From NCBI GenBank assembly GCA_973895155.1, contig OZ316897.1:13391375-13455374 (forward strand): DNA of 64,000 nt. Direction: 5' to 3'. The notes below the pieces were generated by a model that was given only the letters and a program-made list of their open reading frames with translations, made no database searches and was not told the origin of the DNA. Position 1 is the stretch's first letter. Every line of letters begins with the position of its first letter. Positions 18,585 through 32,746 of this stretch are shown piece after piece. The translations under genes and the position numbers were made by a program. The stretch comes from Marsupella aquatica (taxonomy: Eukaryota > Plantae > Marchantiophyta).

Positions 18585-21500
18585 ATGATGCAGAGACTAG
18601 TGGACAGCGCATTGGGCGTTGCTAAAGAGTAAGTTTTCTCGATCGATCAATGTCCATCACTCAAATGTCTTAGAATTCAGACGGTCCGATAGAACAGTTT
18701 TGCTCTTTGGAAAAGACTTTTGCTGCGTATCGTTGATCATTCCGAGAGGAGACGAGCACAATGAATGAATGAACGAAAGAACGAAAGAAATGGGAGGCAG
18801 TCAGGTGGCAAGCAAACGATATTCCGAAAGCTAGAGGCAATTGTCTAGCGTTGTGCCCAGAAGGTATTCCTACACTGTCCTTCATGACGGTGGAGCTGAT
18901 TTCTCCAAATACATCTACTCGTGTGGCATTGAGTGGATACACCACGGAAGAGTCCCCGCCTGGTATATCTCCTGCGCTTCTCTCGGTGAGCCAGTAACAG
19001 ATTATAGCTTGATGGCAGACTATGTAGAGGCTCTTTGATTTTGACGAATAACTACCAAATTCTCCATTTGGCGACAGAACTTTGAGGAATTTGGTGATTC
19101 CTTATGTCTTCAAACGGTGGCTTTGCGATTGCCAAATGGTAGAGTGAACGGATTGTATTGAATTTCTGTGGAGGTCGTGTACTACCTTCGGAAAGAGGAT
19201 TTGTCGTAGGAGAAGAGAGTTTGAAGTGCATGGTGATGAAATTGGCTTTGTCTTTGATTTTATACTATACCTAGTCTCCGAAGCCGCGTTGAATTTGAGT
19301 CGGGCTTAGGTTATGCTGTGCTGCAAATGAATCCTCGGTCTCGGCTTCCTCTACATTGCGTCTCAGTTTCGGTAATTTCTTGGGTGTGAGCTTTAAGGAG
19401 ACGCGTTTTCTGCAAGTCATGGCCAAAATGATTCAACATGTTATGCCCATCGGATTCGCGTCTGAACTAGGGCAACAGGTTTTCATATGCTGCAGCATCT
19501 AACTACCCAGTTCGTTTGTTGTTTCTCTCTGCAGATCTCTCAAGACAGTGAGCCAGGAGACCTTCCAAAGCTTCGTTAAAATTATCAATGGAATCTCCGC
19601 CGTTCTGCTTGCAGTGCTCCCTGGCAATACCAGTGCCATGGAAGCGGTCACCGGCTGGGAGCATCACCCGACCTTCAGACCTCCTCGTATGCCAAAATGG
19701 ATGGAAGAGTAAGCATCGCTCATCTGCTCTCCTGTCTTCAATTGACCCCTTTCTAACGCCCTCTATAAAGTGTCACCTTAAGTTGGCTAGCAAATTACCC
19801 GAGAAAGAGTTTGTTTGTATTATTTATGTTTGTCCATCTTTCAATGGATTCGTTTGTTCGATCAGACGAGCGTACTCTCAAGAATGCACGAAGTGACGCT
19901 CACAATACTAGTGTCGTTGACGCTTTTGCAGGGGAGTCTCTTCCTTCAACCAGTTTCTACCGGACTTTGATTTTGACTCGGAGGAAAGTGAATATGAATC
20001 GGAGTACACCACAGATTCGGAGGATGAAGATAGCGTTCCACCATCACCGTGTTCCGGGGTCTCTCGCATGTCCAGGGTCAGCAGTAGCCATCGAAGCGGG
20101 TCATTGCGGAGACACTCTTATTTGAAGCGCATGTGGAGACGGTTGACATGGCCCATTCGATTTGTGCTACGTGCGCTTCGTATTACTGGACGCTATCCGA
20201 GCGCTAACCTGGGAAATTCTACACCGAGGAGTTCAAGCGTAGGCAGAGATAGACCTGCATCTCTGAGACGCACCAGCGGCAGCACTGGTAGCTTGAAGAC
20301 CATGCTTCACGCGGCAAGTAAACACTTGACTGATATGAAAGACCTTGTTGTCAACCATCGGACCACTGATTCTCGACGAAGGGGAATCGTTGAGGTATTT
20401 TCGCAATACCTTCCTTAGCTTTCCAACTTTCCTGCCGGACATGTTTTAGAACTGTTCTAGTGGATTTTGGAGTCTCCTGATACTTGGGTCTCAGCATTAA
20501 TTCTGTTTGAACTTTTGGCTTGGTGTTATTGAGCAGGATCTGCAGCTTGGGGCTGAGCTATTCATCGAAAGGGTGTTCGAGATTGTTCGAAGATGGATTC
20601 ACTACTTCCTGTCTCCACTGGAAACATGTAAGGCAGTTTTTAGGCGGATTTTTTTTCGAGAAGCAGCACCGAAGTATGACGATGATACGGTTATGGTGAA
20701 GACAGCAACTTTAGGGGACTCGGAATCGGATCTAAAACCCGATCGGAGATACGCATTGCAGACCCTGAACACAGACGCTCGTACATGTGGGGATTTCATT
20801 ACTTCTATGGGGTACCCGTATGAATCTTTCAAAGTCACAACCACAGATGGATACGTTCTGTCAATGGAAAGAATTCCAAGGTATGGATCCTCGTATGAAG
20901 CTGGTAACAACGTAGATAGTTTCTTGGTTTGGATGAACTCCCAGATCCTTTCACGAGGGTCTCTACCGCGTGCCTGTTGTAGAGTCGAAGTAACATGATG
21001 ATGGCAAGTATGTCTAAGATTACAAGTGGAGGGTAGATACTTGCAGATTACAGTTCATCAAGATGACAATTACAAGTTGCGAATTCTGTGCAGACATGGA
21101 TCAAAGAAAGTGCTCTATCTCCAGCATGGAATCTTGGACTCTTCGTTGGGGTAAGTGCAGACCTTGCCTTCGAAGTGAAATGTGTTTTTGATAGTGGATA
21201 ATGGATGCTTTCTTATTCAATTGCAGATCATCGACAATCGTGTTGAAGTGGTTACCGTTTCTTTATAGCCAAGCATATAGAAAATGTCGAAAATGATCGC
21301 CAAGGGATCAACCAGATCTGCGCATTATTTTGAGGGTTGACGCAATTCATCAAATTAATGTTATTCATTTTCTGACCTGACCCATCTGGTTGTTTTTGGT
21401 GATAGATGGGTATTTGGTGGAGTGGTAGGCTCTCAGGCATTTGCAGCTTATGACGAAGGTAGTAAAATGTCCATTGCTGACCAAACCATATTTTCCTGTA

Positions 21501-23500
21501 CTAAAATTCCTTCTGCATATATATTTCGCAGTCTTGCGTGACCTTGTGCTTATTATATTTGTCACAACAAGCATATCTGTCTAGGAGTCTTTGGTAACAT
21601 ACTCGTCTGGTATACTCAAAATCTTTTCGCAGTGATTGTTTGATTATGTGCTGAAACTTTACTATCCGTTGCCTCAGGTTATGATGTCTTTTTGGGTAAC
21701 TTCCGAGGGCTGGCATCTCGAGATCATGTTGATAAACGCATCTCGTCCCAAAGGTGTTACTTTAGTGCTTTGTCTCTTGGTCTAAAGGTGGTTGCAAAGA
21801 AACCATTTAGTGGACTTCACTTACCGTAGCTTCTGCGGAAACTTACCCACGCGTCTATCAAAGTTCTCATTTTACGTATATTAAAATTTGCAGGAATGAG
21901 AGCTAATATTGTTTCCTTTGATCTATGGCGCAGATATTGGAAGTATTCTGTTAATGAACATGGCACTCAAGATATACCAGCTATGCTTGACAAAGTTCAT
22001 GAGCTGAAGATGAACGAGCTGAAGAATTTGAAATTACTTAGTGATGAGAGTCTTGGATCTTCTTCTGAAACCGGATCTTCAGAGAAACTGCCTTACTCAT
22101 TATGTGGCGTATCTCACAGCCTTGGTGGAGCAGCCATGCTTATTTATCTGGTTACTCGGCGACTGGAAGGGAAGCCTCACTATATGAAAAGAGCAATTCT
22201 TCTTTCTCCCGCTGGCTTTCATGAAAAGGCACCACCTATCTGTTCGCTCATGCGCTACATCCTTCCAATCATAACTCCAGTGGTGAGACCATTTTTCCCT
22301 GGATTGTACATACCGAGCAAGTTCTTCCGAATGATGTTCAACAAACTTTCTCGAGATTTTCAGAACTACCCAGCTTTGGGTGGATTAGTGCAGACGCTAA
22401 TGAGTTATGCGGTTGGAGGGGATTCTTCCAACTGGGTTGGAGCATTTGGTATGACGCACTACAACATGGAGGACATGCCTGGGATAGCCTTCGGTGTTGC
22501 ACTGCATCTCGCTCAGATGATGGGGACCAAGCGGTTCACGATGTACGATTTTGGAACTTTTACTGCTAATATGGAAGCGTATGGGACTCCCCAGCCTCTG
22601 GATATTGGTGCGAATTATGGAGTCATTGACATTCCCGTAGACGTTGTGGCTGGGACGAAGGACAAGCTGATTCCGAAATCCATGGTTGTAAAACACTACC
22701 AATGCTTGAAGGACGCCGGTGTCAAGGCTTCCTACTCCGAATTTGAGTATGCCCATCTCGACTTCACATTTGCGAACAAAGATGAGGTCTTAGATTATGT
22801 TATGTCTCGCCTTCTTCTAGCCCAGCCTAACAGAAATATTAAATTGAAGCGTAAATACCGTCGGTCCAAAACACTCAAAGAAGCAAAGACAGGTTGGGAT
22901 GAACTTTCCCAGGGAGGCAAGGAGTTTTATCGCGAACCCAGTTTTGTACGTTCCAAGTCATCAGCCCAACGCAGACATTCTCAGGATGTGGTCCATCCAC
23001 TTGAAGAGGAGCTAGCGGGCAGTGGCAACAGTTCTGGTGAAACTATGATTGAGTTGCCTCAGGAGGCCCAGGAGGAAGCTGAAACGTCAGGGAGGAATCC
23101 ATCAGAGACGTTACAGAGGTTGGACAGCAAGGAGACCCTGGAGCACATGTCATATCAAGATGCACATGCTGCGGCCTTGAAATTCGTCAGTGATTTCCCG
23201 AAAACAGGTTTTGCGATGAAAGACGTTATTTCGTCACTGCGCAGTCGAAGTTTGCAGTCTAAATCTTCTGCGTCTAGTCCTGCCCACAGGTCTGAGACTC
23301 CACAGCGGCAAAGCTCATCTGGGAGAGAAGGTAACGATATAGACTCAAGTCAAGTGGTCCCTAAGTCCGTCGTGGAGGCTCACCAAAGACCTTCAAATCT
23401 GCAGAAGTTAAGAATTCCACTTACCGATACTGGTTCCATTTCCTTCAGTAGCAATGGAAGGCACAAAAATATACAGAAAACAGATTTCAAGGCTTTGTAA
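18585..23500 (+). CDS. Alpha/beta-hydrolase lipase (triacylglycerol lipase/sterol esterase family), 8 exons
   Basis: GT-AG exons at about 18585-18628, 19535-19708, 19932-20394, 20537-20880, 21094-21150, 21406-21458, 21678-21753 and 21934-23500. Motifs TTDGYVLSMERIP, LQHGILDSS, GYDVFLGNFRG, SHSLG (nucleophile) and YAHLDF. Confidence 0.92.
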
Positions 23501-25289
23501 AGGATTTTATTTTGACACCAAATCAGGAAATCAATTTCTTGAGAGGTGGTTCATTGATAGTGTACAGATCTCGAATCGGATATTAGTAATGCGGAGTTTA
23601 GCACTTAATTGAGGCCACTTGTTCTTTCTTGGACAAGATTTATGTAGTAGCAGGTATCCACCCTTCCTCAAAATTCGGTTGCAATGACAATGTAATATAT
23701 CAGCTTTTCCACTAAGCAATAGGGTTATGCTCGCTCCCATTCTTTAGCAATGCCGAAAGAAGTAATTTGTCATGGAACGATAATTGTCTGCCATGGGAAG
23801 GTTGAGATTTCTGCACTAGTGATGATCACCGAGAACGTTCTGTATTTTTTCCGCCCCATTGTATAGTTCACCGACGTTTCTTCCAAATTTTATCAATGCA
23901 AGTCTTGCAAACGAAAGATTTATGGGCAGCGATGCATTCCGAACAACTCTGCGCTCCGTGGTAGTAAATGATATTCAAAGCATTAGTTCAAAATCTTCAG
24001 GATATACATTGTGGTAGTTGTCTGCGCACTTTGTTGCCCAAAAGATGCAGGCGCTTGCTGAAGTGTTGACGCGTATATGGTCTGTTGCAAAAACTCAGGA
24101 AATGTTCTTTCTACTCTGTGGAGGACGACCACGGAACGGTTTCCAGCAAAATCTGCATTGGGAAAGCTACTCCCAAAATCTGTGCGTCTTTCGAACTCTT
24201 GTTCTCCAAACGCTTGCATGCGAGTCCGACTTGAGTCCCCTGAATCTCCAAATCGTGTTCCAGAAATCGGGAGCCATCGATGCGCTTGCCTCCCTGGATT
24301 GTAATCTTCCTGTTTGAGCTCAGTCCTAGTTGACAAGATATTCTGTGCACTGGCTCTGCTGTCAGCGAGGGAGTTCCACTGGTCGAGGTGCTTCATTTTA
24401 TGGACTTCATACCATTTCTCTGGACACACCCATTTCTCTGGATCTAGTTTCACAAATCCTTTTCCCTTAGCAGCACGTTGCTATGGGTATTCTTACAAGG
24501 TGATTTGTACAATTCCGTGAAGATCAAAGACTTCCAGTGGACTCAGGGTAGGTTCCTCGAACATATACTATCAAAATCTACTTTTCAGGACCACCTCAAT
24601 CCGGTGAAATAAGCAGCTATTATGTGGTAACAGGAGATTTTGGTGTATAAACAATGTTTGTGAGTTGGGACATGTGAGTTTATTTAGACTATGTTTGTGA
24701 ATAGGAACGGGCATCGGTATAGGGAGGCTATCTCAAATAGGCCTGGTTACAGGAAATTTTGGTACTTGGGCTAGTGTACCTAAAGCTACAGCTGGGTAAA
24801 ATTGGGGAACTGCAAGTCGGAAGGTTCGTATTTAGACTGTTTGTGAGTAGATACAAGCATGAGAGTTAAGTAGACTCTGTCTGTCAATAGGAAATGGCAC
24901 TGTTATGTGGGCTAGTGTGCCTAAAGCTAAAGCTGGGTAAAATGCAGAAACTGAAAGTGGATGTCACATGGATGAAGCTCCAACGCCACAGTCACTTCTT
25001 TAGTGGAAAACAATTCATCAGAATAGTAGAGCAATTCCCTGGTAGTGAGAACCCACAATCATGCCCTCTAAAATTTATAGGGTAAATTATTTCTTTAGTA
25101 CCAGTATCTATTCATCATTTAGTACAGCTATTTGTTTGTAGGGGAAATACACAATCTTGCAATTATAGGGACAACCGGGGAGACAAAACACTTGTCTACT
25201 TTCTTGGATTGTCTCAAAGTTTGATCACTAGTGGCCATGCCAGTCCCAAACTGCATATTTGCATGTACTGGCTTAGGGACTCTTTACAC

Positions 25290-25680
25290 GAGGGAAGGGC
25301 CTGCAGCTTCCTTTTATTCCCTTTGAAATTAAATTTGGATCATATAATGAGTGGCTTCCTTTTATTAGCTTTGAGATGAAATCTGGATCACAAAATGAGC
25401 AGCTTCCTTTTATTCCCTTTGAGACCAAATCTGGATCATATAATGAGTGGAGTTTGTTCTCGCTTAGGGCAACTTTAAAAGAAGTAAGGGCATGTTGCTT
25501 TTTATTTTATTTTATTTTATTCTCTGTGAGATTAAATCTGGTTCATATATGAGTGGAATTTATTCTCGCGCAGGGTGACTTTACAAGAAATAAGGGCATG
25601 TTGCTTTGTTTTATTCCCTTGGGATTAAACCTGATCATATGAAAAAGAAAGAAAAAACAAAACCTGATCATATGATGAAT
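25290..25680. repeat. Degenerate tandem repeat, ~48-bp core, ~5 copies
   Basis: cttccttttattccctttgagattaaatctggatcatataatgagtg-like units. Confidence 0.7.
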
Positions 25681-26389
25681 GGAACTGTTGCAAATAGCTT
25701 TACAAAAACCCAGGGCCCATTTAAGCTTGGTGTCTAATGATCCTACAGAACAAGTAGTGGGCCCAAGTAAATGCATGTGTTAAAAAAATTCTGGAATCTT
25801 AAACAATCTCCAGAGTGGTGCAAATATTTTCAGAGTTTGGCTCCTTGGCTCAAGGGATTTGCAATTCTCAAATTTCATTTTAACAAAAACTTGTCTCGAG
25901 TGTCTCTTTGGAACAAGAAATTGCCTTTTTGTTTGCTTAGTAAAAAATTCACAAGTGCACCTCACAGCTTGTAACGGCAACTTAATATAGGCTGAGGCAC
26001 GAGGCAAACAAACACTATAATACCCTATCCAGCAAACACTTCTCATGCATTTGCAAAATGGGAAAAAGTGGGGGCCAATCTTGGTGTTTAATTAAACCTA
26101 GCTTTGTGGCATTGTGAGATCCACCCAGACACTCCTCTTGAATGCCACCTGCCCAAAATGGAAGTGAAATTAAAAATAAAATAAATTTTAGCCTGAAAAA
26201 AGGATGATTCAAAATTGAAAAATTTGAGAAACTTTGAATATATATAATGACCAAATATATATTTATTTTAATTATTAAAAATGTTACAATTGTTAAAATA
26301 AAAAAAAACCAGTACCAATATTCCCTCCTATTTTGACCTTGCTTGGACTCCGTAACATGATGCTATCGTCACCAACCTTGCATCCTTGC

Positions 26390-26684
26390 TGTAAGAAACC
26401 ATCAACTCCAAACTAGATAACAATGTGGAACATGAGAGCACTCAATCTCACACTATGCAAACAAGACACCACAATGGAGAAACTCTGGAAGGATCCATAG
26501 CTCATGAGAAAACACATGTGAAGAATGAGCAAGAAAATCCTCTCCCTCCAACCTTATACACCCCAAAGGGGCCGAGATGTGTGGGCCTAAACTAAGTGGA
26601 TCTTATCCTAATGTAATACAGGGTTAAATAACCCTAGTCAGACCAAACTAACTAGAAGCCGGAAACTCAAGTCAATTCCTAACA
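26390..26684 (-). mobile_element. Probable solo LTR (295 bp)
   Basis: TGTAAG...CCTAACA termini, flanks CTTGC/CTTGT (4/5 match as TSD), TATA-like gtataagg on the minus strand. Confidence 0.55.
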
Positions 26685-28115
26685 CTTGTGGTCTAACCTT
26701 TGCCTTCCGTGAGGAGAATACTTCCACAACAACGACAATGACCAAAATGATCATATTTCCATGACAACAGCCCAGTCAAAATGACAAGACTTTTGCACCC
26801 ACAAACTATGTTAATAATCTCATGGATTTTTATTGTGATCATCTTACAACATTTGATGTGTGGCATGGCAAGGAAAGACTGGGAATCAAAAAGGGGAAGG
26901 GCAAGGATTGAGGAGAAACTGGAAGGGGGAGGCATATGGATGGGAAAACAGGGAGGGGAAACTGGATCCTAGCCCCTTCCCTCCTACACATGGATGGGAA
27001 GGGGCAAGGGTAAGGCTTGTGGAGGACAAAATTCCTCCATGATCATCCGACACCCCCCCCCCCCCCCCACACACACACAAGTACTCTTTCTTTTCCCTTT
27101 GATGTGAGTATGGTAGTTGTTTAGTGAAATGAATAAAGAGTTCATCAAATGTATTATTCTCACTTCTCAATACTGATTACATCATTTTTTCTTTCACTTT
27201 TTGTACATAATTGTTCAGTGCAGATTTATTATTTACAAAACTACATATTTTGCAGAGCCCCATCTTTTATGTAAGATGTCTATCAGGTGATGAAATCTTG
27301 AACACAACAACCTCTTTTGTGAGATGAAATCATTTTGAGAATGACTCCTTTTATACACGGACATCTTTTTCTCCATGACAACTGTTGAACAATGACATCA
27401 TTTCCATAATGACATCTTTTTCATCTTCTGCACAATGGCATCCTTTACTCAATGTCATCTTTTCTGCAATGCAATGATATTGAAGTAATGATGGAAGGAA
27501 GTACCTTTTATACTTCAAGATCTCAAGGACTCCATTTTGGTCCCTTAAGTCTACCTTTCATGTGCCTCCTTGTTTTGATTTTTACCTCTCCATGCATAGT
27601 TTTGAAATCCAAGTAACCTATAATTGATGGGTTAAGCTCCAACTGCCCATGTGTTATGGAGAAGTGTCCAACACTTCTCCCTCTTTCCACATTCTTCTCA
27701 CTTATTTCCTCTAAGGTGTCAGTTTGCTCCACAACTTAGGGAAATTGAATTTAAATACATTGCCACTAAATATCTTCAAATTCATAATAAACCTGTTGTC
27801 ATTGTATTTATGAATATTCCACAGTTGTTGTATATAGTTACCCTGGTTATGTTGGTGAACTTGTCGTCCATATACAAAATCATGGCATTTTCTAAATACA
27901 AAAATGTGGCAATATTGTTAATTAGAATATCTTCAGTGGCGAGATACTTCAAAGTTAGGAAGTTTTGGATCCTAATTATGGGAAGCCTGTAGGTCTTGAA
28001 GGGGCAGTAAACCACAACTACCCCTTCAAGAGCTCCAGGTTACCCGTGCAAACCAAATTTCATGAGATAAAAGTTTTTTTTTGGAAATAGTGGAACCTTA
28101 GAGCAAAGAAGTCAG

Positions 28116-28232
28116 TGGAATCTGGAAAAAGGGGGAAGTCTTGGACTCTTCCCCCTTGTAGATGGGTAGTTGTGGAATGTGGAAAAAGGGAGAAATTTTG
28201 GACTCTTCCCCCTTATAGATGGGTAGTTGTGG
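28116..28232. repeat. Tandem duplication, ~57 bp x2
   Basis: gtggaat.tggaaaaaggg...ttggactcttcccccttrtagatgggtagtt occurs twice. Confidence 0.8.
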
Positions 28233-28634
28233 TTTTAGAGCCTATAGGGAGTGTCAGTTACAGCTCTGTAGCTCAGGACATAATAGCTATGGGCTATCAA
28301 AATACATTAGGGGGTGTCTAAGCACGACAATAACTGAGTTACGGCTCAAGACATAAATGCTGTTACAGCCAGGACCAAACATTCTGTGCTACCAAAATAC
28401 ATATCCCATAAGGGTGATACTTAAAAAATAAAATAAAACCTTAACACTTTGGTACGAAAGAACTTTGACACGCACTATTCGCCCTAAGGATGGTAAAATT
28501 TTGTTTAAGGGAGAACTTTGACAAGGGGGGCAGGCCCTTGATGTGTATCTCCCTGTGGAGAGCCACTACGAGGAAGCCCAGCAGTAGTTGGGATGCCATT
28601 GCCATTAAGGGACGAGAGAATTACAAGAGTGAGC

Positions 28635-28812
28635 CTCTCGTCGGTGCTGATCGAGAAACTTCAGGGGTTTTGGGTCACTCTGTAATAAAGAGAATAGTCT
28701 TGTATCTGCAATTCAGAGATGCGCACTCATGTAATTCTCTCGTAGGTGCTGATCGAGAAACGTGAGGGGTTTAGGGTCACTCTGTGATAACGAGAAAAAT
28801 CTTGTACTTGCA
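28635..28812. repeat. Duplicated ~76-bp block in the helicase promoter/leader
   Basis: ctctcgt.ggtgctgatcgagaaac...gggtcactctgt.ataa.gagaa...cttgta occurs twice, about 100 bp apart. Confidence 0.75.
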
Positions 28813-28898
28813 TGGACATGGAGCAGAAGGTTTCAGAGCTGTGGCTCTAGAGCACGAGAGAGCAGAATTGCAGCGAGGTGGGTTTGGAAAATTCCACA

Positions 28899-31592
28899 AT
28901 GGCGCTGTTGATTGCTCGCTCGCTCAAGCTTCTACCGGGGGTTTTCTCCCAACTTCCTCTGTCCACAGCGGCCCTGGCCCCATCTCTATCACCGGCATCA
29001 TTCAGACGAATATCTGCTGCTCCAGTTGCTGCTCCGCTCACTTTGGACACCGTGTTTGAAGATGAACCAGAAGCTAGGCCAACGAAAAGGGTGCAAGGGC
29101 TGACCCCGAGGAAATCTTCAAAACCCAGATTTCTAGCTGAGCGAGTTGACACGAGATCTTTCCCATTTGCTGAAAAGGCGTTCACGGCTCTGAAGCTCTC
29201 GGAGCATGTGCTTCAAAGACTGGGCGAGGAGGGTCTAGAGGTTCCCACTGATGTGCAAGTTGCGGCCATTCCTGTAATTCTGGAGGGTCACGATGCTGCC
29301 ATTCAATCTTACACTGGCTCCGGAAAAACCCTGGCTTACTTGCTTCCCATTCTGTCAAGATTGGGGCCTTTGGGAATGGATGGAGTATCAGAGCAATTGG
29401 TGAACAAGGGAGGAGTGCAGGCACTTATCGTGGTGCCCTCCCGGGAACTGGCAATCCAGATTGTGAGAGAGGCGGAGAAAATTTTGAGCCCTCAGTATAG
29501 GAAGTCGATACAGCAGCTCATAGGTGGAGCTAACCCTAACAGGCAGGAGGAGGCTTTGAAGAAGAATAAACCCAGTATTGTTGTGGGCACGCCAGGTAGA
29601 ATTTCCGAGCTGAGCAGAGCAGGAAAGTTGCACACACATTCCTGCCAATTCTTAGTATTGGATGAGGCCGATCAACTCCTCTCCTCCAAGTTTCGGGATG
29701 ATATGCGAAGGATATTGGAGCATGTAGGGCAGAGAAGGTCTTCCGAAGGGACTTCCGGAGATTCTCACTCAACAGACGAGTTGGGTCGGACTCGTCTTGC
29801 TGTTGAAGAGGCGGAGGTTGAGCCCCAAATTTTCGTGCAGAAAAAGGAGATTAAGAGGAAAGTAGAGAGGCAAACTATTCTGGTATCAGCAACCATGCCT
29901 CCTCCTGTTCTGAGAGCGGCAGCCACTTGGGGTCACAGACCTCTCCTAGTTCGGGCCACTTCTATTATTGAAGTAGAATCGCCAGGCGCATTCTCTGCAC
30001 CCGGGCAAGTGGACGAGGTAATCATTGTCTACTCATCTGGTCTGATACTCTTCGCCTTTGGAATGTACTGCGGACAGTGGCTGATGTAGATGAGCACTGA
30101 CTACAATGCAGATTTTGGTTATGCACTGACCATCCGTTGTTTGCCGTGACTGTTCAACATTGCCAAAAATGGTTTTTGAATCAATCAATGCGGAAAATTC
30201 ATTATAAGAGAACTTTTATCTTTTTCATTTCTATGTTGAGCTTCACGAGTCGGGGACTTGAAACAATTCGAAAGGTAGTCAACATCTTTCATCTCGTTAC
30301 CGGGTGAAACAAGGGTTGAGTGTACAAGCTATGCGTGCGTTTGGAAGATCATATTCTCATTTCCCTAGTGGCCTTAGACACCTTAGCAATGTTTTCTGGC
30401 CAAGAACTATAATTGTAATCCTTCATTAGCGGGAGCCCTCACGGTGGTGTTTCTCACATGTGAGGCTTTGTCTGTGAAGGATGGAGGAAACGCAGCTGAG
30501 TTGAAAGGTGCCCGAGAAAGTCTGCCACCCAATCTGGAGCATTTTTATCTTGTTTCTCAATTGCAACACAGAGTGGACAATGTCAGGAAGTGCATACATG
30601 CACTGGAAGCACAATCTGTCATAGTGTTCATGAACCATAGTAAACGGCTGAAGGATACCGAGTTCAAGCTTTCAGCTCGGGGGATCGATGCTGGCACCCT
30701 TTCTGGGGACCTGGGTAAACAGGAGAGGGCAAGTGTACTTGGTGCTTTCAGGTAAACCTTGTTTCCTGCTGTACCATGTCTTTGTTTCTGTCGTATCTCA
30801 GTTGAACAGCTCAGTTGGATTCATCTTCAAAGATACTTTTGTTCCAGAATAGTTTTCTAGTATTGCCGAACTCTACCCGATCCTGCTGGGGTTTGGTTAA
30901 ACCATTGCAAATACATGTTTATGATAATTCCGGAAATTCCTGACTAACAATCTGGGCGTTAAACAGTGTGTAAAAGATATTAGTGGCCGTATCGAAGTAG
31001 CATCCTTTTAAATCTTCCTAGAGGGATATGGTGGCATACTCTCAATATCTTCCAAACTTAGCGTACAGTTATTTGTGCGACATTCTCTTGGATTTTGTTG
31101 ACAGCCCTCTGTTGTACTTTTGCGGACATCTCTCTGGGTTACAGATCAGATCTCCCCTCCTTGCTACTTACTGGACGAACTTTGGAGAACTGTGAAAACA
31201 TGAGTCTCTTGGCACCCATTTGCAAAGGAACTAATCGTTGCTTCTGTCATTTCAGGTCTGGCAAACTTCGTGTTCTAGTAGTGAGTGAGGTTGGGGCAAG
31301 AGGTTTGGATATCCCAGCCTGTGATTTAGTGATCAACTTGGAGTTGCCAACGGATGGTACTCACTATGCCCATCGTGGCGGCAGAACAGGGCGTCTTGGC
31401 CGTCGAGGTACAGTTGTTTCGATCTGTGAAGCACCAGAAGAGTTTGTCCTGCAAAAGTTTGAGCGGCAACTGGGAATTACCATCCCTCGAGTGGATCTGT
31501 TTGACGGAAAATTTTCGTTGTGGAAGAAAGCTACGCTTTATAAGCAACATATTAAGACTAGGAGCAAGGAGTTGGAGAATGTCGAGGTATAA
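28899..31592 (+). CDS. RH47: Organellar DEAD-box RNA helicase, RH47/ISE1-like, 3 exons
   Basis: Exons 28899-30017, 30480-30751 and 31256-31592. Motifs Q (PTDVQ), SYTGSGKT, PSRELA, GTPGR, LDEAD, SAT, ARGLD and HRGGRTGR. Transit-peptide-like N-terminus. The subfamily call is from memory of the family. Confidence 0.88.
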
Positions 31593-32746
31593 GAATACTG
31601 TCTAAAAACGGGTTGAAAAGACGGAACACCAAATTTAGGACATTGGGTGAGTGTGTTGTACTTATAAGACACAGATAGTCACACTCACGCGTCTGCCTAC
31701 GTGGATATTACTGATCATGAGGCTTTTTCGTATCCTTACGGGCCAGACCGCAGCCTCTTAGCAATATTACAAGCAACAATGTACGTCTCACTTAGAGTCA
31801 TTTAAGATAGAATTCATTGAGGGTTCCTCCGACCTTTCCAAATAGGACACGGGAAGGAGTACACGAGCAAGATGGTTCCTTGCAAGGAAGTGATGGAAGG
31901 GTTTCCACGTTTCAATGTTGACAAGAAGATCTTTGAGCTTCCATGTCTGCAAAATACTACATTCTATTACGAAATATCCTAATTAAAGTGTATACGCACC
32001 ATCTTATGTTCCGATGAAATGGATTATGAAGACCTGACTTTACTGCAATTAAAAAAAACCTTCGTGCCAAGAGTACCTCCATTTGGACAAATTGGCAGTT
32101 GTTGCTTTGGATATCAGAGGTGCGAGGTATGAAATGTCCCTTGAGTTCTCCCATTCGGGCAATTTGGCAATTGTTCCTCTGGATATAAGAGGTGCGGAAG
32201 TTGACTGCCCATTGGATCTAAGAGTCCACAGGGCAAGGTTGTGAACCCTCTTACCAAACAGAATCACGTTCACACCTAAGGCCGTCTTCTGTGTCCGTCC
32301 ACAACTCTATTTCAATTTAATGACACTCATTGTAGAATTGATCAGGTATAACGGTGGCCCACTTGATCCCTTTATGGACAGGAGGGGAAAGGATTCTGCG
32401 GACTTGATTCAGTATAACGCCGAACAGAGAACGCGCAGTAAGCAAAAGACTTTATTACAACGACTATACTTCAGATCCTTTCCTCTAGCAATGAGGAATA
32501 GCTTGGAAGGTTCGTCGGGGTCCCAGCCATTCTTTGGGGACCCAGCCCATTAGTCCATGCTGAAAGCGACCAATGTATAACGTTTCGCACAGATTCGGTT
32601 CTCATTGCGTGGTTCTCCGTTCGTGTCCCGGAATCAGTTATGGCCAGAAACGAAGTATTGGAAGTTCATGTTTATTCAGCTCCAGCTGAGCTGTAGATGT
32701 CATATGACCAACTTATCCGAAGGTGGCTGCCTGCAGAGCACAAGCT

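Noticed and set aside
23983-24453. 156-aa minus-strand ORF
   Set aside because: No ATG start, no recognisable domain and no splice context.
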